From: Spizellomyces punctatus DAOM BR117
Taxonomy: Eukaryota
Assembly: GCA_000182565.2 (NCBI GenBank)
Contig: KQ257451.1
DNA: 64,000 nt
Strand: one strand, 5' to 3'
Every line of letters starts with the position of its first letter. Position 1 is the stretch's first letter. This document shows positions 31,496 through 43,451 of the stretch, in pieces. Under the pieces are notes generated by a model. The model was not told the origin of the DNA and did no database searches. It worked only from the letters and a program-made list of their open reading frames with translations. Position numbers and translations under genes: made by a program.

Positions 31496-33273
31496 ATGTC
31501 TCTCCACGCCTGTCCGTGCCTCAACATCAAGGTCAGGGCTGCGCCCAATCCTCCAGTGGTGCCGACAGACGTGACAACAGCAGGGGATGCGGACTCACGT
31601 CGACGAGGCTCGCTCGGATTTGTGACCGAGACCGACAGCGTCAAAGGATACAAAGCACAGCTTGGATTGGGTGGAATTACGATTGTAAGACTCTGGGATG
31701 ATTATCCATACTTTTCCGAACAACACACCCATCGCTCTTTTCTTCTGCCTCATAGGAACACAAGCTTCTGGTTAAACATGTGCTTCTTGAGAAAAGTTGG
31801 TTGGAAGTTCGCTGTCTGAACTGCGGTTGTTCAGCGTACTTTATACGTGTGGATCCTACATCGCATCATTTGGACGACCTTGCTGCAAGTGCACCAGCTG
31901 ATAGGATTGTTATCGTGGGCGAAACTACGATCGTAAGTCTGCCTTTTGCATCTCGGATAGATCTGTACTGTTAGATCTTGTGCTTAATGGTGCCTGGAAT
32001 AGTACGACGACGCAATAGAGAAGGACAAGCAAACTCCAAGATACAGTGAATCATGTCGCATAATCCTCTTGAATGATCCGCAGAAGCCCGAGCATCTCCG
32101 TAGGTTGAGGGTGATATCCATTCGTATCATCTGCACCAGCTGATGACGTTCTTACAGCGGTGGATTATGGTTTCTCTGATGCGTATAAAACATTTGAGGC
32201 TGGTCTCAAACGGTATATCGAATCAAAGAGGCTAGAGATGGAAGAACGGATCGCTGCTTTCCGTACTGAGCAACAAGCGATACTGGAGCGTCAAAGAGAA
32301 CGCGCACTCAGAGACAGCGACACCTTGTGGGCACGAATCTGTGATCTGCATCGTGAGAAACTTCATCGGACAGCACACAGTACATCACCTGAGCTCAGTA
32401 CGGAAGCGTCCGCCATCCCTTTGCCTCATACCGACGGAGGGTCCTTGACCCCAAACCTGATGTCGTCATCGGCTCTCGGCGGCTCGTCCTTTGCCCCCTC
32501 CTCACTATACGAAAGGTCGTCTAGTCTTTCGCAATCTATCTCGACCGCTCGACGCAAAAGTGCAGCAGACTTGGGCTCACCTAGCAGATATGGCTCAACC
32601 AGTGTCGACCAATCCGACGCGCGAACGCAGCAAAGCGTCCTCACGTCCGACAAACCAGAAAATGATGATGGTAGTGTTGGAGACAATGGGAGCGCAAGCC
32701 AGACAGAGTTGGCGCGAAAGGTGCGATTTGAACATGATGCCTCGACAAGAGAGGGGGTTGATGAATATGAAGGCGCCAGTGAACCACATACGCACGACGA
32801 TGATGGTTGGTCTCTGCCTACTATTTCTCTCGACGACTTTACTCAATGGCGCAATTGTGTAGTTCTATTTGACCTTGATGGGTTCGAGAACGACAAAGGG
32901 AAGCAAACTTCGATTCCAAGCAGTGACAGTGAACATGACGACGAACCAGGTATGAACAGAGAGATTGAGCAGAAGTTGATAATTCGCCTCATCATCAGCA
33001 TCAACAATTGTAGGTTCCCCGGTGCGTTATGATCCACCCGAACTATCCTCAGTATCAATCTTCTCCTCGTCGCTCCCCATTCGCATCCCATCGATACCCA
33101 AATTAGATTTATCGACTGATCCCGACGCAGTTATTCCAGAGGAAGAGGATCGCCCACACGATGACGAGGATCAATTTGTCGCGCCTCATATATTATCGGC
33201 AAAAACATACACTGAGGATTATTTACTTAACCAACGACCCCCTAAAAGCCGTAAAACAAGTTTCGCCATTTAA
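31496..33273 (+). CDS. Uncharacterised protein with N-terminal CxC/CxxC, coiled coil and PRAS40/S40-like C-terminal motifs
   Basis: Spliceable exons MSLHACPCLNIKV.. / WLEVRCLNCG.. / coiled coil / LFDLDG / SSSLPIRIP..FVAPHILSAKTY. Confidence 0.7.
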
Positions 33274-33358
33274 ATGTGTATATACGTGAAGACTGGGGAT
33301 GTCATGTTTGGTATGATTTAGGTGTATAGTGGGCGTCCTTGACTTTCTTTGATGATAT

Positions 33359-34465
33359 CTATGTAAAGCCCATGGTAGCTAAAACCTCTTTTGCTGTCTT
33401 CTCCGCCCATCTTGCGTTTCCCCATGTTCCCCAGCCGGCCATGAATCTGACCCAATCTACCAACGCCCACTCAAAGTGTGTGCGGAGAATAGCTGGGGTA
33501 TAGTCCTCTGCTTGTGCGGTCATTCCCCGCAAAGTGAGCTTCTTGACTAGCTCCTTGTAGTAGAAGTCTAACAGCTCATCTAATCGCGTCTCCACTATAT
33601 CACTGTCTACACTCGTAGCCAGGAAATATGCTACATCAACCGCCCCATAGCCATAACCTGTATACTGGAAGTCATAGAAACCACATGCAGGAGTTGGATC
33701 ATTGAGGGATTTCTCGGCCGCGAAAAGGATGTTCTCCGCTTTGGGATCCCCATGCAAAAGTGTCCGGAAGCACCTTTTTCCCGCATGGTCAGGTAAGGCT
33801 GACGTTTCTGACGACTGTCCTCTCAGCAGGCTGGCAATAGACTCAGCAGCTTGCTTAAAAGGCGTCCACCGCTTGTTGTTTTCGATTGCCTTGAACTCAT
33901 CAAGTCGAGTGCTCAGATGCCAGTATCCACCTTGTTTCCATACTCCTGAAGGGTATATCGCACGCTCGTCATCACCTCCATCAACTGGCTCCGAACCCCA
34001 AAAATGGGCATGAAATCCGGCAAGCCAGCGGAGGGCAGACTTTGCAAGGCATATGCTGAGACTCCCTTGCTCAATAGGCAAAGCCTGGGATAAATCAGAC
34101 ATAATAATAAACAAGGAGAATTCCTCCACAAGGGAGGTAGACTGGTCATCCGCCTTGACAAAAAGAGGCAAAGGTAAAGTCACATCCTTGTCTGCCTGGA
34201 TTACTGCGGTTGCGAATTCAGGTTTAGAATAAAAGACTCCCTCCACCCGATACGATGTCAGCTTTCTAACATGTCCAACGTCCTCAAGATCAGTGTCAGG
34301 GACGGCAACGCTTTTTACCATGTAACTGGTGGGATCGGTACGGGATACTGGTTGGACACTGACCCGCAAAATGGACCCATATCCAGCCCACAGCGAAGCA
34401 ATTTGTTTGACTTTCACAATCCGCGTTCCAGCAGGAAGATGCTTTTTGAGTAAATCTGTCGACAT
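33359..34465 (-). CDS. APH/choline/ecdysteroid-kinase-like phosphotransferase, intronless
   Basis: SLWAGYGSI, SYRVEGVFY, WLAGFHAHFW, TLLHGDPKAENILF (Brenner motif), YDFQYTGYGYGAVDVAYFL, W..FMAGWGTWGN. Confidence 0.88.
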   Translation of the reverse strand: MSTDLLKKHLPAGTRIVKVKQIASLWAGYGSILRVSVQPVSRTDPTSYMVKSVAVPDTDLEDVGHVRKLTSYRVEGVFYSKPEFATAVIQADKDVTLPLPLFVKADDQSTSLVEEFSLFIIMSDLSQALPIEQGSLSICLAKSALRWLAGFHAHFWGSEPVDGGDDERAIYPSGVWKQGGYWHLSTRLDEFKAIENNKRWTPFKQAAESIASLLRGQSSETSALPDHAGKRCFRTLLHGDPKAENILFAAEKSLNDPTPACGFYDFQYTGYGYGAVDVAYFLATSVDSDIVETRLDELLDFYYKELVKKLTLRGMTAQAEDYTPAILRTHFEWALVDWVRFMAGWGTWGNARWAEKTAKEVLATMGFT

Positions 34466-35545
34466 GTTGAAAGGGAACCCCTCGTTAACGAGTGTCAAAT
34501 GAGCCTCGCGTCGCATGGTGCAGCACATATCTCACTGCGACTAAACCTTCTCCAGCTCGTTATATGGAGTACTGTCGATGCAAACAGTTGAGTTAAACGG
34601 ACATGAGATCGAATAATGTGTTTCTTTCAATAGAATGGTTACGGTTCGAGCTTGTGTACATGGTCCACCCGAGTACTCAGCAAACTCGATCAAGGCGAAG
34701 CCAAAAGTTCACTTAACCAGCACAAGATCTTTCGAACGCCGGTCCATGACTGGACAAGTACTGTGCACCATCGTTACTTTTGTAAAACTGGTCATGTTCG
34801 CATGGAACCAGCGTGTGCCATGGATTTCCAACCAAGTCTTTTCCGACGGCGGCCCATCAAGACAACTGGCGCATCATCTGTAGCCGTTCACGTCAATCGC
34901 AGGATAACTGTGGTTTTCTGACGCCCATCAACCTCCAGAAATCCCTCAGTAATGGCAGTTGGAAGTCACTGAGGCTTCCCAATGACATATCAACTTGATC
35001 TATGACATACAACTACACCAATGTCATTCCTCAGGCACGACATGGGTACGTGGCGGGGCACATTAGAGGGATGTGTTGCAGGTTTCTGATACCTGTCCCT
35101 TCCTTGCACCTATTATGTTCCTATAGGTATGCTGGATGTGTCTTGCTCAACCAGCTGACCTCTCGATGCAACGCTAATATACGCTGACCATACTTCCTGA
35201 CCGACAACCGTGATGGTTCATTGTTATGACACCGTCTGTTGTAAGCACGAGGAGACCTACGTCGGAGGTCATCACAAGACTTCACAACGATGTGTTTCTG
35301 CGTCTATACGATTTGAACATGATGCGTCAAGCGGGAACGCCGTCAACCAGAACGTCGCTGGCTGCACGATGTTTGACTTCTGCACCCCACAATCTCCCTT
35401 TTTACCTTCTCTTCCCTTCAAAGCCCGATTGATTCAGCCACTCATCCTCGCTCAGCATGGACTCCCGTTGTTTTAATAAAAAGGACCGGCTCAAACTGCC
35501 CCGCCAACCCCCATATCTCGATACTTTTGGAACAGCATTACGAAT

Positions 35546-35851
35546 ATGAAATCAACTATCGCCTCGCTCTTGCTGCTCGCCATCATCGGCGCCGCTTCTG
35601 CCCAGTTTGATGCCGTTCCGGAATGCGCAAGAGCATGTGTGGAACGTGCAATTACCGCCTCCGGATGCGCCATTACTGAGATCAATTGCATGTGTACCTC
35701 GGCGCCATTCATAAACACCATGGTGCAATGCGTTCAAACTACTTGTGGAGGTAGAGAGCAGATGGCTACGTTTGCGAACCAGCTCTGCACAGCCTGTGGA
35801 TCCCCCGCGTGCCTCGGTGCATCCGCCGTGCCCAACATCACCCAAGCTTGA
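35546..35851 (+). CDS. Small secreted Cys-rich CFEM-like protein
   Basis: Signal peptide followed by PECARAC-x9-C-x6-CMC-x11-C-x4-C-x13-C (CFEM-like spacing) plus two further Cys. Confidence 0.8.
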   Translation: MKSTIASLLLLAIIGAASAQFDAVPECARACVERAITASGCAITEINCMCTSAPFINTMVQCVQTTCGGREQMATFANQLCTACGSPACLGASAVPNITQA

Positions 35852-36140
35852 CGACTCCTTCAGCTCTTCTGTCTCGATCCTGGCTAGTCACTACATCTAG
35901 GACAACAGACATTTCGGTCCAACTTGGTGACTCGTTCTTTGGATTCATGACTGATGAATGGTCGTATGTCGGTTAGGGGGTTGGTTAGGGGAGTGGATAT
36001 TATGTCTTAGTCTGCCGATAGGGTTATGAGCTGAGTCGGCAAGTGTATATCTCTAGTTACAGTTAGTGCTTCCTGTCCGCTATGTCGGTAGCAGAATTAC
36101 TTCAAATATTCAAGTCCATTGTACAGTACTGAACTGATGT

Positions 36141-36148
36141 TCACGTGA
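36141..36148. promoter_or_regulatory. TCACGTGA (bHLH E-box/CDEI-like) upstream of HTATSF1
   Basis: Palindrome ~80 bp upstream of the ATG; same motif at a similar distance before other genes. Confidence 0.5.
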
Positions 36149-36219
36149 TCTTAAGTTTGAAGGTCCTGCGTTTGACTCTCCACTAGATCGGCTTAAGCTG
36201 TTTTCTGTTTTCACCGTTG

Positions 36220-38043
36220 ATGTCCAACAACATGCAGAATACCCATACTGAGCACCAGGCGGCTGACGCACCAGAGAATCCTACGCAATCTGCAGAAAGC
36301 TCGTTGCACAACGACCCGCGAGTTCGTTTTGTCGAAGAAACGAGCAAATACGTGTACACAGGTACACAATTTTGCAAAAGGCAGGAGAAGAAGGACCAGC
36401 TGTGGCTCACCACCTAATACTCAGGTGACGACGGAATTTCGTATGAGTGGGATGACGAGAAACATGCGTGGTTTCCTATGGTACGGTGCTGACTGCTCCA
36501 GACTGTTGACCCGATTGTTACTATCGAATGACTAGTTGCCTTTGCGTACTGAAAGGGCGAATACGTCGCTTGTTTTCTCTTATATAGTGGGATGAGAATC
36601 TCATAGAATCGCAACAAGCTGCGTATGGACCTACGATAACGGAGGAAACGGTGGGCATCCCTGGAAAAGAACGTGATCACAATCTGAGCCACACTAATCT
36701 ACCTTCGTCCGCACCAGACTTCCACTCCGCGGCAGAAAGGAAAACGGAAACAAATCTACACGTCTGAGGAGGTCCGTGCTTAGGGGTCTTTCTGGCTTTA
36801 GACTGTCGAACGTCCATGGAAGACTGACCCGACGTCTTACTCTCAGCCGCAATTGAAGAAACCTAAAGCTGAGCCGAAGAAACGTCCAAATACATCTGTC
36901 TACGTGACTGGATTACCGCGCGACACGACAGTAGATGAAATGAAGGAAGTCTTTGAAAAATACGGCATTTTGATGGAAGATCTTGCGACTGGTAACGGGC
37001 TCTATTCAACGCCCGTATGGCTGACATCGCCTCGCTTACGAGTATTGTAATGAAAGGCCAGCCAAAGATAAAGCTATACAAAGACGAGCAAGGAAATCTC
37101 AAAGGCGATGCGCTTGTCAGCTACTTTAAAGAAGAGTCGGTGGATCTAGCGTGCAATCTCCTTGACGACAGCGACTTCCGTCTCGGCGTCCCTTCCAAGA
37201 TCAGAGTACAAAAAGTGAGTTGTGGTTGGATAATGGAATACTCTGAGCCCATTACCAAGCCATTGCGACATAGGCCGTCTTCCAAGCAAAGGAGAAGCCC
37301 CCAAATTCAGAGACAGAACAACCAGACCAGAAATTGAAATTGGATAAGAAGGTGGTTCAGAAAAAGCGTCAGAAACTGGAAAAGTATGTGCATTCTGTTG
37401 TTTGCATTGAGTTGTGGATATGCCCGTCAACATCATTAGTTACCAAAATCCTTAGGCGTCTGGATTGGTTTGAGGAACAGTCCGGCAAGAAGGCGGACAA
37501 GTTCGCAAGAGTTGTCGTTTTAAAGTACATGTTCACCCTTCAGGAGCTGGAGGTAATATGCCCTTGTAAATATTGGATGAAAGAGATCCTAACCATCTAA
37601 AATGTTTTGCGAACATAGCAAGATCCAACGTTGCTGCTCGACCTGAAAGAGGATGTAAGAGGCGAATGCGAGAAGTTGGGAGAAGTGACGAATGTGTCGT
37701 TATACGATGTAGGGACCATAAAGCTTCCGACAAGGTGTACATCATTAACATCTCTTGCCACTAGCTTGAAGAGGATGGCATAATGACAGTGAGATTCAAA
37801 GAGCCAGAATCTGCGGAATTATGCATCAAGGTATGCGCATCTAGCAAGAAGTCACCACTTGAGTTAACGTCCACCACCGACCTTTAGAAAATGCATGGGC
37901 GCTTTTTTGCCGGCCGACGAGTAGAAGCCCATATAATGCAAGGCAAGGAGAAATATCGAGAATCAAAATCTCAGGATCAGACAGAAGAGGAGGAAAAGAA
38001 ACGACTAGAAGCATATGAGAAGTGGTTGGAAAGCCAGCATTGA
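36220..38043 (+). CDS. HTATSF1: HIV Tat-specific factor 1 / Cus2-like U2 snRNP-associated splicing factor
   Basis: YEWDDEKHAWFP; RRM NTSVYVTGLP..KIKLYKDEQGNLKGDALVSYFKEESVDLA; UHM VVVLKYMFTLQELE|..DLKEDVRGECEKLGEV..MHGRFFAGR. Confidence 0.92.
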
Positions 38044-39107
38044 GATCAGCAGATTGCATCTATTATTGTATCTAGCACAGAATCCAATGTCAATGACACG
38101 ACGACTTGGGATAGGTCTTACATACGGAAATGGGGCACAGGCTGTGCAGACTATTCATCCTAGCCATAGTAAAACTCAGGCCTTGTGTCGCCGGCGTTAC
38201 GAAAATCCCAGTGCATGAAGTTTTCATTTTCAATTTAGGACGAGTTATTATAGGGAAAATTGCTTCTGACGTGTTCTGCAGTGTGATGTCGTTTTCTAGA
38301 TTCGGTAGTATTATACGGTGCACCGCTCTCATGTTCTACAGTAGTAGAATACTTGATGAGCCTAACGTACATAGAGGAGTGACGTTAAAACTTGAATGAG
38401 TTGGGAGGCCGGACACATTATGGCATGGGATTCCGCCATTTTCCCCTGGAGATCGGTTGCGGGGGCGTTGGAGGGAGGACTTTTCATCACCAAAGCTCTG
38501 CATCCGCAAATATGATGTGGTGCTAACATTCACTACTACAGTCCATATGTTTAGTCACCGATGCAAATGTATCAGTCACAACACACTTCCATTGTTCGTG
38601 ATGCTCCCTACTCCTGGAAGCCCGATGGGTCACTAAATGAGCCAAATGTGCGCCGACCCCCATTTCCGACTACACGTCCTCCAGTTTGTCTTTTATTAAT
38701 CGGCCAGGGAGTGAAATTCACCTTCAAAGACGACATGACGGTGTAGAACCAGAGAGCGACGATGCCTCCAGGTCGTACCGTCTCGCTTGAGGCCGGAAGG
38801 AAGAAGGTAGAAATCCCAGATCATCGATCCAATAAAGATCTACCACGTCTACTTTTGAATTTCTATCCACATGTAAAGTCTAGAAGACGCCATCAAGTCC
38901 TTTCATTACGGATCTGGAACCCATCCATTCACGAGCCTCGAAACGAGCTGTCAATGATCGCAACCTATTTCTCCCGCTATCATATGCAGAAGAATAATAT
39001 TGAACATCTTGGGGGGAAGTGTGAATATCTTATTAAGGAAGCCGTTAACTTTGTCCTTGGTGTATCTCATTGTATAGTGCGCTTACGGCATGCGATCGAC
39101 TTTGGTA

Positions 39108-39115
39108 TCACGTGA
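39108..39115. promoter_or_regulatory. TCACGTGA upstream of the TPR gene
   Basis: Palindrome ~60 bp upstream of ATG 39170. Confidence 0.5.
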
Positions 39116-39169
39116 CAGTCAGGGAGTCAGTTCCATCCCAGCATCTTTTAGCCGTCTCTGGCAATACAA

Positions 39170-41169
39170 ATGACGGACACAGCGTCAATAAGGAAGATCC
39201 TATATACAGCTCAGACTGCGATTGCTCGCAAAGAGTGGAAAGATGCTGCAGATGCATTTACCCGCTTTGTCAACGCGGTCCCTGAAGAGGGCCACGCCAT
39301 GCCGCGACTCTCCCGGAGCTTATGTTTCCTGGAGCAGAAGGAATATGCAAAGGCCATTGAAGATGCTGAAGCCGTACTAAGGCTGAGCGATGTGCACACT
39401 CCAGAGGAACTTCTGCCAGGCTGTTACAGCACACGGGCGGCAGCTTCGGTGAGTTTAACTATTGGGTAGTCCCTGCCGACAGTCTCCGGGCACTCATACC
39501 AACGACGGTTTGTTAAAGGCGTACCTTGCAAAAGGTATGTTACGCATTTTTTTGTGACCACTTGTTCCCCTGTCATTAAGGTTACCTGAAGCGCACGATC
39601 TTCTCGGAAATGCTGTGGAGTCTGCCCGGTACAAAAAGCTGGGGACGGAGCTCCTTCAAGCCGACGCATCCAATCTTGAGAAAGCCCTCCAAATCAAAGA
39701 GGAAGGAAATCTTCTGTATCGAGCAGGACAAATAGAACAGGCACTCAAGAAGTACGAGGAAGCCCTCAAATTTAATCCCGTAGAGGAAACCGTGCTCTCT
39801 AATGCTTGTCAAGCCCTTATAAAACTGGGAAGATTGGACGAAGCAGCCGTGATGGCAGATCGATGCGTCTATGCAAAGCCAACGTGGATTAAAGGATACT
39901 ACAGGAAAGGTACAGCTAGTCCTTGAGATCGCCACTTCTCCAGATATTTACCATTTACAGGAACCGTGGCGATAAAGCAACGCCGGTTCACAGACGCAAT
40001 TAGCGCCTTTCAGGAGGGACTCCGTCATCACCCTGATGATACTGACTTGAGGCGCTCCTATATGGAGGCAGCGCGCATGGCGGAACAGAATGCAACCACT
40101 CAGGGCGGTTTCGAGAAACGAGTGATGGGCATGATGATGGAGATTCAGCATTCCTCATGGGTACGTGTCCTCGTTGCCAATTGGCCTTTGGAGTCCCTTG
40201 CTCATTACAGACCGGTTTGATGTGGACAGAAAGTCAAGGAATGGTTCTCGCAGTGTCGTGCTGGGATCAAGTGGTGGAATCAGCAATCCTGGGATAAAGA
40301 TTGTGCACCGCATTTGAAAAATGAGGATGTACAAAGACTGGTAATACAAGTTCTGGGATTCCTGGGAAGCGGCATGACCCTTGAAAACGGTGCGGCACCT
40401 GCGCACAGTGATCCGGAACTGAAGGCGAAGGTAAATTGGTCGCATATTGTAAGAGAGGAACTATTGGCTGAGCGATTCATAGGCCCCACCAGATAGTCTG
40501 GCGTCATATGTACTCCCTTCCTCGCCGTTGCTGTCACTCATCATCCTCCACCGCATATTTACGTTGGCATATCCTGCAGAAGATTGGAGTATGGTCTGGA
40601 CGTTTCAGGCCGATCCAAAGCCGTTCGCAAAGTCATCTCTGTTTCCCTTCATATCATCACACTACTCATATGCAGTACTCGTGTCTCACGACGAAAGAAT
40701 AGTAGTGGATTTCCTGGCTATCTGGGCACGTCAAGCAGGCGGGGATGCGACATTCGAGAAGTGGTTTGAAAACGTTGCTGCTGGCGGCGGTCGGGAAGGC
40801 GAGGCGGTATACTACACGTGTGATGATGATTTGAAGATGTTGGAATTCGTCGAAAGCTTGTACAGCATGGAAAACCAAAGGAACATGTCACGAGAGAAAG
40901 GTTTAAAAGCAACTGAGACATCAACTGACAAAAAGCCTGCCAAAGAAGAAGAAACAACACCTGAAAGTGAGAAGATGCCCTCAAATCAATCTGGCCCTGT
41001 GCAGGGATTGAACGTTGCGCCAGCCAGGGACATGTCAAATTATTTCGTGCTTGTTGGGAAGGAATTGGTACTTGGCGCCGTATTAATTGTCCTGCTAGGA
41101 ATAGTGCTGGTAATGTCAGGAACCATAGAGGGAAATGACGTGGCAGAATGGATCTCTAGACGCATTTAG
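39170..41169 (+). CDS. TPR-repeat protein with C-terminal transmembrane segment
   Basis: TPR motifs (ALQIKEEGNLLYRAGQIEQALKKYEEALKFNP; SNACQALIKLG; WIKGYYRKG); hydrophobic LVLGAVLIVLLGIVLVM near the C-terminus. Confidence 0.8.
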
Positions 41170-41235
41170 TACATAGGCAATCTAACTGGTGTGCCCTATT
41201 TGTCTCTAACGGTTCCGTCTATTTTGGCTCTATTA

Positions 41236-42676
41236 TCAACTGGTAGTTTTTTTCAGCGTATCCCAGTCAAGACCGAATAAGGTGTAATAGAACAGCTTTA
41301 AAAACTTGTGAGTATCGCCACGTACAGCTACTTCTACGTTTTTCCGTTTTGTAGCTGCGGGAGCGGGTTCGTTGAGTTTCGGTGGTCGGCGGTCGATAAT
41401 ACACATTCCTCGTGTGAGCTTCCCACTTGGTTCCACCTGGGAGGAGCAGTGTTCAAAGACTCCATCAATAACACATAGATGGCTGATAGCATCCGGGCCT
41501 CGCATACCTCAAAGTGAAGAGGTTCAAACTCCACAAGAGAGTTATCCACCAGACAACCAATCTAGACAATACCACCATTAAGGAATCTGTCATTCGCCAG
41601 AAAAGGCTTGCTGGAACCTACCGTCAATGGATCGTGCATGGTCAACCATCGATATCCCCATGACCTCTCAGTCAGCTGGAGAATATGCTGAATGATTTGC
41701 GTCACGAAGTTACTCAACGGGGTACTCAAAGCCGCAACATGTTCGTAGAGGTATCGACTTTCAACAACAGCAGAAACCATTGTGACATCCAATGGTAGGA
41801 CGCGAACGGGTAAAGAGGAAGCGATGACAAGGTGCGCGGCCAAACCATCTATTCAGTAACATGGCAGAGGGCAGAGTGCGTTGTAAGCGACCAGTCTTCG
41901 ACTTAGATCCTCATCAAGAGAGCGCGTACCAGCAAACCAGTTGAACTCAGAAACTGGAGTAATATTGCCGGGGTGGTTAATGGCACCTCCCATGGAAATG
42001 ATGTGCTTGACCTTCTTCACTGTAGGCGAATATCAGCACTTGTAACTGGGTCACCATATCAACGTGCAGCATTCATACTCGTTTCGGGGGCTTTCTGCAT
42101 AGCTCTGGCAACATTTGACAGTGGACCAAGGGCCAAAATAGTGATAGTTTTGTCGGGATGCGATTGAAGCTGATGGATGATCTCATCTTCAGCACTCCGT
42201 TCACTTACAGTGTATAAACCCTCGGCACCTGCATCTGGCGTCTTCGCCCCTGCTGCAGCCGCGGCTTTTGATACAGCCTCTGTTTGACCATCACCGCTTC
42301 CATTTGGCGGGTTCATCGTAAAATAATTACCCAACCCATCCTCCCCATGAAAATGATGTGCATATTCTGCTTCTCCTTCCAACGGGATACCCTGACCCAA
42401 TGCAATCACAACGGGACTTTCACGGCTAACCAGAGCCGCTGGCGGTGCAACTTTTATGTCAGTTGGAGCAGTCGACGCGAGGTATCGTTCATGGGCGGCT
42501 TGAACCGCGAGGATTTGCTTGATGTTTCGGAAAGCGTTCTCAATGGTTGTGTTGCCTTGCGTGAGAGTAATTGCCCGGATATCAATGTTGGGACTGAGGA
42601 ACGCAAAGAGAAGAGCAATGGCATCGTCCACTCCCGGATCAGTATCAATGATAACCGAATGTTTTCCTCCCGACAT
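41236..42676 (-). CDS. Inosine/uridine-preferring nucleoside hydrolase
   Basis: VIIDTDPGVDDAIAL, HHFHGEDGLG, ILALGPLSNVA, GNITPVSEFNW, PLDVT, MHDPLTV. Confidence 0.93.
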
Positions 42677-42949
42677 GACTGTTAGTTGTGATGACACTGA
42701 AAACAGGGCTGGGAAAACTCAGGCGAAACGGTTGGTCACGAGAGCGCGGTCAAGTTGGCCTTGGCCACCCGCGTGTCTGGCACAGTTCCTTGCGCGACAA
42801 CGCCACCTGCGCGTCCAGCGCGCGTGATGAAACTTACGTCACGACTACATTGCTGGTATAAAATATGGTGAGGGACAAAATGCCGTGGCACGACAGGTTG
42901 GAGTTTACCTTGCCGTACCTGCATTGCCTAAACTCAAAATTCAAAGAAT

Positions 42950-43303
42950 ATGGATGAGCCTCATCGCACCGGCGACCATATGGAGCGTCTTCATGTGACG
43001 TCTTCGACCGTGAAAGATACAACCAGTACTCCCCCACAATCACAGGACAAAGAAGGATCTCCCTTGTACCATCCCAACGTGCCCCATTTCGTTGGAACAG
43101 GTGACGAGATCGAGACATTCAATCATAGTAAGACTGGCAAGAGAGGTTCCGAATGCGAGGACCCAAAGCGAGCGTTGTCAGGGGTGCAGCTAGAGAGGGA
43201 TTTTCATGCGGAGACCTTCTTGGGTTCGGAAAAGTTGTCTGGACAAGGGATAGGATCTACAGCTCAGCAGGATATTGAGCAAAACTTGCCGTACACACAA
43301 TGA
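42950..43303 (+). CDS. Small hydrophilic hypothetical protein (117 aa)
   Basis: ATG-initiated ORF with a TATA-like tataaaa at ~42857; shares EIETFN and RDF motifs with the small gene at 52878-53279. Confidence 0.55.
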   Translation: MDEPHRTGDHMERLHVTSSTVKDTTSTPPQSQDKEGSPLYHPNVPHFVGTGDEIETFNHSKTGKRGSECEDPKRALSGVQLERDFHAETFLGSEKLSGQGIGSTAQQDIEQNLPYTQ

Positions 43304-43451
43304 AAGGGAGAGGAGGGATTCCAGCTTTCGAACAGTAAATATCTCTGATATAGGGCTTGCGTGCAAATGGAAATATACAGGTGTGATGTGTGATTAAAGT
43401 GTGCAGGGCGGTACTCTTCAAATATAGATGTAACGGGCAGAGAAGCGGTCC

